A DNA stretch of 64,000 nt, from NCBI GenBank assembly GCA_001244265.2, contig CDLV01000009.1, forward strand, positions 1,178,001-1,242,000. Direction: 5' to 3'. The DNA comes from Microbotryum violaceum (taxonomy: Eukaryota). Shown here piece by piece: positions 37,863 through 52,694 of this stretch. How positions within the stretch are numbered: position 1 is the first letter of the stretch; the number at the start of each line of letters is the position of its first letter. The notes under the pieces were generated by a model. The model was not told where the DNA came from and did not search any database. It saw nothing but the letters and a program-made list of their open reading frames with translations. The position numbers and the translations under genes are program-made.

Positions 37863-40800
37863 TCAATAACTGATGATCCGTAATTCACCCTGAGGTTCCT
37901 TGCCCTCGGGGTACGTCAATGATTCTGGTTCTCGCTCAGCGACTGGTTTGAGTGAAGATAGAGGTGACAGACAGGGTCAGGATCGAGGGTCTTACAGAAT
38001 ATCAAAAGAAAGGTGAGACAAACAACTGACCTTCAATCTCGTACCGCGCGACGACTCGTTCCTGCTCCTCGACGAGCTCGTCTGAATGACGACTGTCCCT
38101 CGGTTGCGAGCGCTCGACGATCAACTGCACGTGGTGCAACAATGTTCGTCGCAATCAGCACTATACTTTATGCTCAAGCCAGTGCCTCACAGAGAAACGT
38201 GACTCACGATCGGCAAGACTCCGGCATTTGCTCTCCTCGCGCACCCACTAACTTCTTTGGTCCCCGTCTCATCGAATGTGATCCATCCGGGTAAGCCTTG
38301 ACGGTTCCCGTTCGTATTCCCAGGCGGGTCAAGGTACGCCTCAAACTCGGTCGACGAGCTCGAATGCTGCAATGGCAACGGAACGTGGAATCTGAAAGGT
38401 TCGTTGATGTTGACTTGGACTCTGATGGGATCGACGGGAAGAGGGGGTACGCCATCTTCGTCGAACATCCCTAGGTCCGTTCGGGACGTCGAGACGGAGT
38501 AGATAGTACTTGTCCCCGATAGAGAAGAAGGGTACCGCCATGTACTGCCTGTCCCCGGTGTTGTAGGAGAGAGGGCGAAGGGCGAGTTTGCGACAGTTCC
38601 TGGGATCAGTCGTACACTTTTGACACGTCCTCGTTCGGTGTACTCCGAATACGTCGAAGCCGTGATTGACGGTCGACCTTGATGTGTGGTTGCCATCGAG
38701 TCCCTCTCATCAAGGTAAGGGTAGATGACCGCACTGATTGTTCTCGAATCGTTGGACGGCGGTTCATACACCGCACTCACGGGTCGAGCTGACATCCGAG
38801 TACCCCCTGCCGTGGTGTAGACAGCGGCCGATTCATCGGCATCCTCGATCGCCGAGTTGCGGTTTCCTGCTGTCCCTCGTAACGCCGTTTGTGACGAGTA
38901 GGAACTGCCGGCTTGTGAAGACGACGAAACACGGCGTTCTTGAGTGAAGGGTCGAACATGAGGCGGAGGAAGATTTTGCGAAGAAGCGAACGAGGCGTCG
39001 CCTAGCGAGGCATCGGTTGTGTCTCTCGGTACTGGGTGACCACTCGAGCCACTGGAAGGAGGGAAAGCCGACCCCCCTGACGAGTTCGTATGCGAAGCCA
39101 CGAGACGAATTCCTGTCGCCGACGTGGACTGGCTCTCATCGGAAGATCCGTAAAGCTGACGACTTTGCGACGGCGAAGAGGATCCCATCCAGGAGACCGA
39201 ATCGTTTGCAGCATGTACCGCGCTCGATGTCCGCGGCGGAACACTGATGACAAGGGCTTGGAAATCCTTGCGTTGCTGCGGAACTGAAACGCGCGGCTTG
39301 TTCGCGCGCTCTGGACCCGCTCGGTGGTGCCTCGAATCACGATCCGATTCCGAGTAAAACAGCGAGGATGATGCTCCCGAGGCCCATGTCGACGATCGCT
39401 CGAGGTGGGACTCGTCCCTCGATTGCTCGGACAGGTCCGATGACAGCCCGTCGTTTCGGCTCGTTTGACTCGGATCAGAGCCCGAATCGTCAGCGTGCCG
39501 TCCAGCCACAACAGGAGCGGCGAACGGATCGTGGTGTCGCATGTCGACAATGTCATGGTCGTTAGGCCGAGTTCCGTAGTACTGTCGCCGTCCATCCTCA
39601 TCCAATGCCAACGAGGATGACGAGGCGCTGAGCCCCAACCCCCGCAACGAGTTTTGCTGTGCCACGATCGGCAACGAGATGTCGGCCTTGTTCGTCGCCG
39701 GCTGCGAAGACGAGGGCCTAAGCATCCCTGTCGCACTCCTGAACATCCCCATCAGATCAAAGCGTTTCATCACGTTGGACGAGGAGGACTTGATTATGGC
39801 CGCTGCGCCCGCGAATCCACCTATCTGCGTCGGCGAGGCCGATTGCACCGTCCTTGGCGACAACTCCTCCATCCCGCCAGGCAGAACGACGGGAGCCGCC
39901 CAAACGCGTTGTTGCTCCTCGTACTGCGGTCCTTGCGTTCCAACCTTTTCATCCTGTCGCTTCTCGAACGAGGTCCTCCCTTCGTACGTTGTTCCAACGA
40001 TGGTCGACGACCTTCCCGTCCGAGTGGACTTGAACGTCGTGGGTGTCGCCACGCCGAACGAGCGTCGATACATGTCCGAATAAGGTCGTTTCTTGTTCTT
40101 GCGACGCCACAGGCAAGCCGCGATGAATACCAGTAGCAGAAAGCCCAGGCCCAGTCCTAAACCCAATGCAAGTCCCAAGCGAGCGGCTCTTGATAGTCCC
40201 GAGGGGGATCCCGAATGAATCCCCGTTGCCGCTGCGGCGGAGGTAGCTGCACCCGTGCTCGTCGATGATGGAGACACGACAGCGATGATGAGGCTGTCCT
40301 GACTCGTCAGATTGATCGTCTTTTCCACGGCCGTGAACACGACCGAGACATTCTGAACGGTCGTCGGCGCGGTCCCACTCAGGATCAAGGTCCGGGGGTC
40401 GAATTGCGCCCATTGCTGAGCTGACGAGGGACTGATGATGGCCGAGTAGGTCGCGGTCGTACTTGTCGCGATACTGGAGAGGTTCTGCGAGAACGTCTGA
40501 CCCGCGACGAGTTGGATCGACGAGGGCGTTGATTTCGCGAACAGGGACGCATAGATCGCCATCGACACATTCGTGGCCAGCGTGCCGTTGTCCTGATCGG
40601 TGAGGAGGACGGGGATCGTGAAGTTCTGCGGGGCTATTAGGGTCGAAGGCACCATTCCCGAGATGGTCTGCGTCGACGCGTCGTAAGTCAAGAATGATGT
40701 GTTGGTGAGGTTGACGTTGATCGACAGATTGGCGGTCGTTACAGAGGCGTTGTCGATGCGCAGATCGTCGAATTCGAAGTGGTACGAGACCGTGCTCGAA

Positions 40801-41642
40801 GGCGTGGTTCGGATAGGCGCCAGATTCTCCGCCATTGTCAGGATGTGCGCTCCTACGCGGAAAACGAGCGTCTGCTGTACATCTCCATATCCGAAATAGT
40901 TCGATCCATACGTGACGATAGAGTAATCACCCGGTGTCGGTGGCGCCACGCCACCGAAAGTGACGGTTCGGTTGTCGAACTTCAACCAGCTCGGCAACTG
41001 GGTCGTCCCCGCCGCATAAGAGGTGTAGTAGATCTGAGCGTATTGGTTCGTCTGGTCCTGGAACGTGTATTGCTGGAACCCGAGCGAAAAGGACCAACTC
41101 GGTGGCACCTTGAGTGTGCCGTCGGGGAGAAGACTGGCTCCTCCTCCTCCGGCATAAGCCGCCGAGGACAGTTGTTTCGAGAAGGGCAAGAAGACGTCCG
41201 GGCCAGGATCCGTGACGACGAGTAGTGTGAAAGCGTCCGTCGCTCCACTGGCGACACCCGTGACATTGGCCACAATCGTTACGGCGTGCGAGCCCACGTC
41301 CCTCGTTCTCGGATTCCCTGAAAACGTCGCCGAAGCGGAATCGAAGTCGATCCAACTCGGCAGTGACCTTGACGTCAACGTCAAAGTCGACCCCGATGAA
41401 GCGTTGAACGTCCCCGGCAAAATTGTCCATGAGTAGGCCACGCCGACTCGAGCGACGGGAGGTCGTTGAGCTTGCAGAGGGTAGACGAGCTGCGGTGCCG
41501 AAGGAGCGGCGAGGACGGAGTCGAGGAAGGAAGAGAGCACGGCAATGAAGGTGACGATCCCGATCGCGGTCATCGAGAAGGTGTTCGGGGAGCGTATTCG
41601 TCTGTTGTCCCCGAGGATAGGTATTGAAATGGGCTTCGACAT
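37863..41642 (-). CDS. AXL2: Axl2/Bud10-like type I membrane protein with cadherin-like (CADG/He_PIG) repeats
   Basis: Signal peptide; YPLQAQRPPVARVG; repeated LPSW(I/L)xFD...TFxG; TM segment LGLALGLGLGLGFLLLVFIAACLW followed by RRK; Ser-rich tail. Two short 3' exons lead to the stop at 37863-37865. Confidence 0.85.
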
Positions 41643-42899
41643 CGTGGAAGGCGTTAGGTCGGGCCGATGATGACTGCGCGGCGCACACGCGCGGTTTCAA
41701 AGGGGTGCTCTCACGCGTCGCGCGTGAGGCAGCGTGCGTCGCAGTCCGAAACCCGAATGCCAAGTGCTGTGGCGAGTGGTGACTAGGGAGAGAGAGCTTC
41801 GCTGGTTCTTACTAGAGTACAGATGAGAGAAGGCTCCCACGTCATGAGTGATCGCCTTAAGCCGAGGGGTGGGTGCCTGGTGTGGCGATGCTGCGAAACT
41901 CACGCAACGGAGTGCCGCACCGTTCAATCGGACGACGACTACGACGACGACGGGTGCCGACTTGCAACGACACTGCAGGCCTAGTAAACTACACATGAAG
42001 TCGATCATGAGCATCAGCAAATATCCACATCCCTCAACCATGTCAAATCACGTGTCATAACTCACCTTTACTTCGCAAGCTGCCCAAGTGCGTCCACTGA
42101 GATCCTAGGAGTTCGTGCGGGTCCCTGCTCGCACGAGACGCGTCCGAGCGGGTGAGAGTGCGACGCGACAAAGGGCGATCGGGCGCGCTGGTCCGATCTC
42201 GCGAGCTGGGTAGTGCCGAGGATCGAGTGGAGAGCGGGGGTCGACGATCCAGCGTCGTACGGGAGTGATGTAGCGAAAGGGCGAAAGGCTTGCTCCTGGC
42301 AAATAATGACGCAAGTCACGAGAGCGATACAGTCGATCAGGGTGATCTGAGGGAAGGAAAAGGGTCGAGCATACGGTGCGCTTCAACTCTTCAGCTCGGT
42401 GTGCTTGTGGGGGTGAGGCCGCGCCGTTAACGGACTCCGCGCACTGCGCTGACCGTCACGTCCGAGCCAAAACTTGTTTCTTCGAAGGTCACAGTCACAC
42501 GGGTGACGAATTTCAACGGTTCACGCAGGCTGAACAATGCTGCTATGTTTGGACCAGATTGCAACCCCAGTGGCTCACTCCACAACTCTACTATTTCCTC
42601 TCCTGATGTAAATGCCTTGTGTCAGGTGTGACCGGCATCGTGACCGACGTCGAATTTAGTCGACGCTCGGCGCGCTCCTTTGAGCAGGGTCGTGCGGCGC
42701 GACGCGTCTCGAGCAACGGGGGCGGGCCCCCTCTCGGTGTCCAGCTCACATCTCTCCTCGACAGGTGTTGAAAGAGCAAACCCGACTCAAAATATCACAT
42801 CTAAAAAGTAAAAGAAAGAGCAAACATAGACGACCGGGAGAGCGTTGGTGTGCGCGCGCCTTTGTGCTGTTCCTACACACAAACCCAAAACGGGGGTAC

Positions 42900-45133
42900 T
42901 TAGGCGACGGCCTTGAGGACGGCGGCGGTGAATTCGGTGGTTTTGCTGGAGAGTGGTCGAGACGAGTATCAGTACGCTGTACTTTCACCACACTCCGTGC
43001 GAAGTGTCTTCTTACCCCTCGCCTCCCATGTCGGGGGTCTTGACCGTTCCGTCAGCGATGACCTTGTACACAGCAGCGGCGATCTGGTTGGCGTGATGGT
43101 CGAGACTGTAGACCGACCAAAGACAAGAGCATGTATCAGTCTCGAGGAGCATCCAGTATACTCTCGCGGGGCTTATGAGTACTGACCCGAGGTGACGAAG
43201 CATCATGGTGGCGGAAAGAATCATGGCGGAAGGGTTGGCGACGTCTTGGCCCTCGATGTCCTGATGGGAGGCAAGCCATGGGCGAGAACATCTGATCAGC
43301 ACTTCGCTCACGCGCACTAGACAAGGTGACTCTTGTCTTGACTTACCTTGGCAACGTGCCTGCATCCGGGTTCGAAGAGAGCGTAGTCCTGGAGGAGCGA
43401 CCGAAAACCAAATCAGCACCCTGTGAAGCACCCGCAGTTTCACCGAACTGACTCGTCCAATGTTGGCACCGGGGACGATACCGGGTCCACCGACGGTAGC
43501 CGCACCGATGTTGCCCAAGATGGAACCGTAGAGGTTAGGCAAGACCATGACATCGAATTGCTGACAAAGCGTGAAACAGGTTATCAGGAACTGAAGATTG
43601 TCCAACGACGTCATCGCGCATGGACTTACTTGGGGTCGCGAGCAAGCTTGCATCGAAGCGTTGTCGACGATCATGTCGTTAAACTTGATGCCCGAATCCT
43701 TGTACTCCTCGGCAACCTGGCGACATGTGTTGAGGAACAAGCCATCGCCGAGCTTCATGATGTTGGCCTTGTGCACACACGTGACGGTCTAGAGGCGCGG
43801 TCAAAGATCGCTTGAGCACGCGCATCTTATGAGGAGGGCCGTCCGTGTATAGCAGAAAAGACTGACCTTGCGGTTGTTCTTGATGGCAAAGTCAAAGGCG
43901 AATCGTGCGATGCGCTCCGACTTGGCTCGGGTCATGATCTTCAGACTCTCGACAACACCGGGCGAGGACTGTAGAGAAGAGGACGTCAATCGGTCTGGAG
44001 ACATTTTGATGCGCCATTGCGCCACGCTCCACTCACCTGGTGCTCGAGACCCGAGTATTCGCCCTCGGTGTTTTCACGGATGATGGCGAAGTCGACATCC
44101 CTGTGGCGGGTGGGGAAACCGGGGACGGATTTGCACAAGACGACGGAGGCGTAAATGTCGAGTTGTTGACGCATGGCGACATTCCATGAGGTGTGGCCGG
44201 AGCGCTCAACAGGGGTGTAGAGGATGCCTTTTGAATGCAGTGGTTTGTGTATGAGCATCCGTCGCGGGGATCCTGATCCGCATCGCCGCGCAGCTCACCC
44301 TTGAGTCCGACCTTGTTCCTCCTGAGCGAGTCCATGGACCTCTTGAAGAGGGCGGCATCCTGCGAGGTGGCGCCCGAGATATCGAATCGCTCAAACTCGA
44401 CGGGGACGTTGAGGTGCTGCAGGGATGGATCGTGCGTCGACGGCGTATCAGCACAGGTGAATCGAAAGGGATGCAGAACTGCTTGATGCAGAACTGCTTG
44501 ATGCAGAACTGCTTGATGCAGAACTGCTTGATGCAGAACTGCTTGATGCAGAACTGCTTGATGCAGAACTGCTTGATGCAGAACTGCTTGATGCAGAACT
44601 GCTTGATGCAGAACTGCTTGATGCAGAACCGCTTTCGCGAAGAGGCGACGACTGATCTGATCGATTGATTGGATCGACGACTGACCTCGAAGATCTCCTC
44701 GACGGATTGGGTAATTTCCGTTCCGATACCATCACCGGGGATCAGGGTAACCGAGTAGACACCGCCGTACTTGGTCGGCAACTGATGAGCGGGAGTGAGG
44801 GAAGGGGGGCAAGTTAGTTGAGAGAAGGCGCCGAGGCGAACGGATGAAGAGCCTACTCTGGGGGTGGGTCGCTGGATGCTCAAACCAAGACTGGTGGCGG
44901 AACGGGTTTGGCCGATCTGCAGATAGAGATAGGAATCGAAACGAATCGCAGTGTCTGTGAGTGTATCCCGCATCGGTTGAGGCTGGCAAACGGTGTGGAT
45001 TGGAGCGACAATCGGGCGAGCGACAGGCAGGCAGCAGCGCGCGTTCGGCCGAGGCTGAGCAGTGAATGAGGAGACGACTGACCACGCGCGAAGAAGGTAC
45101 GAGGACCTTGGCCCTGGGGAGGAGCGACTGCAT
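42900..45133 (-). CDS. IDH1: Mitochondrial NAD-dependent isocitrate dehydrogenase, regulatory subunit 1
   Basis: [64 protein letters not shown] and [11 protein letters not shown]. Confidence 0.96.
44470..44634. repeat. 15-bp minisatellite x11 in an IDH1 intron
   Basis: GATGCAGAACTGCTT: 10 perfect copies plus one with a single mismatch. Lies between the donor at about 44686 and the acceptor at about 44418. Confidence 0.97.
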
Positions 45134-45413
45134 TGTGGAATAGGTGTGTGAGAGGTGGAAGGTCGGGTGGACGAACAGAAGAGGGGCGCCGCCGCCGTGT
45201 GCGCAATTAGCGCTCCGCACCGTACAACAAACCGCGCGCTCGCAGGCCAAAGGCCGAGCCAAGATGGCGGCCTCGCAGCCAGCCGACCAACTATTAGTAC
45301 GCCAGTAGTCTCCAGTATATCTCCAGTATAATTCTACGCCCCAAATTCAGCCCGTTCGGCGCTCAGCAGTGTTCCCCCCTAGCCTCCTCCCTGCACCACC
45401 CTTCCTGCTCAAC
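45134..45413. promoter_or_regulatory. Probable bidirectional IDH1/IDH2 promoter
   Basis: Only 280 bp separate the two divergent ATGs. Contains CCAGTA x3 (45302-45327). Confidence 0.75.
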
Positions 45414-47629
<2,216 letters not shown>

Positions 47630-48109
47630 TCGCTTTCGGGGTTGAAAGAGGGAACGTTCGGTCGTCTGCCTGTGCAAGGTCAGGGAGAAGAGAGGGAGAG
47701 GAGGTGGTATAGACTGTTAGATGAGGCTGATGAAGGGTGCGGGGGTTTTTTTTGGACATACGATTCTCGGCTCTTCAGACGCTTTTCATCCTTTGGGATG
47801 GTCAAGATTTGCTTTGGTTTCTGTAGAGAGAACCGGCTGCTGCTCTCGCTTTTTATCCATCGTGTCACCAGGACCGGGTTCATTCATCGACAATAGCAGC
47901 AGGGGCTAAAACAAACGAAAAAATGGTCGTAAAGAGGAGAGGACAGATTCACCGCACTACTACCACCTTTTCCCCTTCGTTCTTCTTCTTTTCGCTCGTT
48001 TCCGTATCCTTTCTAAACCTTCGTCCTCGACATCCTCCGTTATACGCATGTCAACCTGCGTGATGAGAGCCAAGAGTTCCCCCGCGTCTTTACGTTTTCC
48101 ACGAAATGC

Positions 48110-49157
48110 TTAATCCTCGGCGACAAGAGCCAGCTGGCGTTACGATAGTAAATACTTATCAGCACTCGGAGGCGAGCTCTAGTTCCGACGTCGCGGGTAC
48201 TCACGATCATTCGATAGAGCGCGTAGAAGAAGAAGACCAAACTATTCAGAGACGGAACGGAATGCGGGAGGGTCAGAAGCTCGTTCCGGACACGTAAATT
48301 ACGATACAACTGCATCACGGTAGCGGTCAGGACTGACTAGAAGCCAAGCTTAAAGAATGATTCTGTGTTACGGAATACACAAGAAGAAAGTCAGTCGATC
48401 TGCTCGCGCAACTATCCGACGGATCGAGTTGAACTGACCCTTCTTGTGCGCTCCTAAAGTCCTAAAGATCTCCGTCGCATCAAACATGTGATTGCGATTG
48501 ATGACTCTGTGTGGGGTCTCGGTGCGGGTCAGCTTCTCGACTGCAGCTCTCGCGCATGCCTCCGGCCAGGAGAGCCGGCTCCTGCATGGCAAAGTGACGT
48601 ACTTGTTGACGTTGAAGGCCAGTAACGGTACATTGAGTAGGAAGGCGATGACTTGGAACGTGACGAGGAACGTGATGGTCATGAGGCCGTGGAGGATCAT
48701 TTCGGGGAGGACAAACTGTGGATTGATGGGAGCACCGATGTAGAAGGGGATCAGATCAGCTCGTCTTCACGCAATTTGATCGGTTCTCTTTCTTATTACT
48801 TGGTTGAGCTTGTTGCAGAGGTCAATGGGGTTGAGATAGTCGCATTCTGTTGGGGGGGGGGGGGCGAGGAGATTGTGACGGAGAAGAGCGAGTCAGTATT
48901 GTGACCGGGTCACGGCCGCCGTTCCGTCCACAGTGTTGGAAGCGAGGTTGCTTTGACGACGAACCGAGATCAGAGAACATGATGATCTGCCATGTGTAGG
49001 GAAAGCGAACGTTAGTACGCCGCTGCAGACTCGACGCATACAACGCGGGCGGGGTTGCGACCGAGGAGAGGTCAAGTTGACATACAAAGAAGACACTGGT
49101 GAAGAGCAGGATCGCCGAGATGATGACGCTGGTGAGGAACAGCCATGCTGATCCCAT
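48110..49157 (-). CDS. ERV14: Cornichon-family ER cargo receptor
   Basis: IIMFSDL|ECDYLNPIDLCNKLNQ|FVLPE, FDATEIFRTL, FLKLGF and FFFYALYRMI. Confidence 0.95.
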
Positions 49158-49809
49158 GGGAAGATGGTGGGCGCGGGGGATGGCGCGAACGAGCATCAGA
49201 AGGTATCGTGGTCGCACATTGTGATTCGATTCATCGTCGTCGTCGGAAGTTCAGTTTGTGACGCGTCGAGCAGGCGATCATGAGCAGCAGCGCAGTAGCA
49301 GCGCAGTAGCGAGCACGGTTCGGCGTGAGGGAAAAAGAAAACGGCAAAATGAGTACACGGTCAACTCGAGATAGCTTGTCTCCGAGCATGAGACCGGTCT
49401 CCACGATCCGGCGTCGTCTTCGTCTCGGTGCGACGAATGCTGCCGGCGATCCGCTCTCACCTTCTCCGCTCTGTCGTACCAGACATCAACAAAGAGTAGA
49501 TCAGTGAACCGTGCAGCTTGAGCAAGCGCACCCAGCAATGACTGACCATGATGGGCAAACTAGGAGGGTGGTGACTCGTGCAGGAAAGAGGCGAGGCGAA
49601 GTCGTGAAAGGGAGAGAGAGTAGATGTCAGATAGAGCGCCCGCCGCATGCAAGCGCGCCCGTCAGCGCTTCAGAGCTTCAGCCTCGATGAGCGCCAGCCG
49701 CCAGCCAGCCACGTCAACGTCGAAAGTTTTGCCACTACTTTACCTCGTACAACCGAGCTCCCCGGTTTTCTTCTTTCCCTCTTCCTCCGTGCGCGGTATT
49801 GCCTCGTTT

Positions 49810-51118
49810 ATGCGACCCTCGTCATACCTACCACTCGAGCTCGTCTCGAGAATACTCGATCACACCCGTCCGAGCTCGACGGGGGACGTTCAGGCATGGC
49901 GATCCCACTCGATCGACCTCGAGCGCCACTACTCGCTCGTCAACTCGACCTGGCATTCAGCCGCTGCAGAGGAGCGCATGCGTCATTTGGTCATTGATGG
50001 GGGCAATCGACCATCTCGAGCTTGATCAGGACATTCGATCGAGATCAAGAGGTGTCACCACAGCAGCAGCAGCAGCAGCAGCTCGATCAAGCTCGACCCC
50101 ACCTCCATGATGGCGAATTCGACACGAGCTCGGATTCCGTGTGGGGCTCAGCCTCGGCGGGCGAGCTCGGCGAAGAGCCGCTGGGTCAAAGGGCGTTCCC
50201 GACGCATTGCGTCACCAGTCTCTTCGTTCTAGCGTTTGACAACCGCCCTAAATTTTCTACCATGCTACCCCTCTTGTCGCGGCTTCCCCGCTTGCGAAGG
50301 ATCGTCTTTTTCCGGTGCCTCCAGCTCGACTTTGTTCAAATCGGCAATCTCCAGGGCAAGTCAGAATCAGGCTCATCCTACATTCCTCTGCCATATGAGT
50401 CTTGACGCATCCAATTCGCTACTATTGCAGTCAATCTTGATGAGCTCTACTGCATCGATTGCTTCATCATCGAAAACCCTCGGTTCGAGCACCCCAGTAC
50501 TCCGCTGCGGATACGACGTCTCGTGCTCGATTCCACCTTGCTCCCCACCACCATCCCCGCCGCACTTCTGCCCGAACTGACCCATCTCGCGCAGATCAAC
50601 GTCAATGGCCGCTCCGCAGCCTCGTTCACACGTGATGCATGGCTGGCCGAGTTCGCTCCACAGTTAACGTCGTGCGCTCTGACCTTGGTCGGATCGGGGT
50701 GGCACTCGGATCTACCCATCATCCGGGCGATGAGACAGATCAAGGTGTTGGACCTCTTCACCCCCAACGCCGTCGGGTTACCCGTCGCAGCCATTCTGGC
50801 CCATCTCCGTTCGAGTGTGCGATTCGGTCGACGATCGAGTTCCTTCGCATCGAAATGACAGGCTACCGCTTCAATACGTTCGTCTTATGGGCCCAAGACA
50901 ATCCTCCGCCAAACAAGTTGAGGTATCTGTCCTTGAGAATCCAGGAATCGGTGCAAGACGATGCTCGAGACAATTTGTTGAGGGTATGGGCCAAGGTCAA
51001 GATCACAGTCGTCGTGGTGAGAGAGAATAGGCGACGTGAGGAAGGATACGACGAGTTGTTCTGGAACCGAGTAGAAAGAGGGTATTTTGATCCCATCCTC
51101 GCGGACCCGAACCCGTAG
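49810..51118 (+). pseudogene. F-box-like/LRR-like gene with two apparent frameshifts (pseudogene or assembly indels)
   Basis: F-box-like start LPLELVSRIL and LxxLxL repeats. GC-AG intron 50356..50430. Frame breaks near 49999-50022 and 50800-50822 with no plausible intron. Confidence 0.6.
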
Positions 51119-51198
51119 TCATGGGTCCAGTTGATTCCCTAACCCATACGCTGTAATGCGACGAATGGGGCGTTCATCCCGTCGCACCTCGAACTAAA

Positions 51199-52035
51199 TC
51201 ACTCATCATCGAAGCTCAACAAGCCTTTCTGCTTCTGCTGCTTCTTCTTCTCCTTCTTAGCGTCCTTGATTTTCTTCTCCTTGTCCTTGATCGCTTCCTG
51301 TTGTTTCTTCTCTTCGGCCTGCTTCTTGACCCCGGCGGCGAACTTTGAACGCTGGATCACGTCTTGCCACGACTCGCCGTCCTTAACTTGACCGGTCGCA
51401 CCGGACTTGTCCTTGGGGTCGCCGGAGGCTAACCTCAGACTACCCCCATTCTTGACGATCGCGGTGTCGTCGCCGCCCAACGCTCTCGAGGCAGCGAAAG
51501 GATCTGGGGCCGAGTTGGCTTTGGCTGTCAGGAGTCAACGCACATCGAGGTGGTCAGATGATGTGGCGCGCATTGCATAGCTCCCAGAGGTCTAGTCCTG
51601 ACCAAGTTCTCTCATCCTCTCCATCTCTTTCTGACCAACATGTTTTTCCTCGTTCAACACAACGACAGTAGGAGCCTCATCCCCGTCAAACTCGTCCGGG
51701 CTGTCCTGTCCGTCGTCCTGTTGACCATCAGGGCGAGTCGGGATCGCCGGCCGATTCGGGTCCTGAGCTTTGGAGGAGGTGCCTGATAATGCGGCATAGG
51801 CGTTGCGTAGAAAGGCAGGTTGGGCATTGGCCGTGTTCCATGAGAGACCTGCTTGGCGGGGGTGAACGAGGGACACCTCAGTGAAGCAAGACGAGAGCCG
51901 TTGACGAAAAGCAGGTGAGAGGAGCGTACCTTTGAGTTGCACTTTGGAGGGTCCGACGGGTTCATCGTCTGCACGAGATCGTTTGCCATTCGATGAGCCG
52001 CCGCCTGCTCCGCAACGTCCACCTTGTGGGGGCAT
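51199..52035 (-). CDS. DUF4604/KIAA1143-like protein
   Basis: GLSW...QPAFLR, IPTRP, DEAPTVVVLNEEKH and a K-rich C-terminus ending LLSFDDE. Two introns. Confidence 0.75.
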
Positions 52036-52694
52036 CTCTGTCGAGTTTCGATCGAGCGCCGAGCGAGCAAGCGAGAGGCTCTATTCCGGCAGAGGGAGGG
52101 TGATAGAGGAAAGCAGAGAGACGGTGATCTGGTCGCGTGAACCAGGCGCTAGACGGGCCGAGGAGCTAGCTGGCAGACCCCCAGATCCCCGAGTGACTGC
52201 GATCGTGACGCGCTTCACATCACACGTTACTCTCTATCTATGGGCCCGCCTTTTGTCGTTTTATTCCGAGGCTGGCCGCGGCCGCTTGGCCGCTTGACTG
52301 TGCTCTTGCGCTCTCTTGCGCTCTCTTGCGCTGGCCTTCGCCGCTGGCCTTCGCCGCTGGCCGCCGCTGGCCTCCGCTGGCTGGCTGGATGCTACTGCTA
52401 TACTGCTGCCTCCCCTCGGCGCTGCAGTTCTGCGCCTCTCTCTCTTCCTCGCCTCCTCTTTGCTATCGGCTTGTACGACCCATCTCGCGCCCATCTCGTA
52501 AGTCCCAGCTGTACGAACTGAAGCTACACCATCACGCCCAGCTGTTGATCTCATCTTTCCCCCTGCACGCTTCACTTTGACATGGTCACCAATGACGTAT
52601 CCCGCAATGACTCGAGACTAGCCCGCAGCGACTCGCCTCCGACTACCCTCCGACTACCCTCCCCACACTCCAGTGCCTCACCGCTGCTGCACAC

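Noticed and set aside
44470..44634. CRISPR-like array or (MQNCL)n/(KQFCI)n repeat peptide
   Set aside because: No spacers, eukaryotic context, and it lies inside a canonical IDH1 intron.
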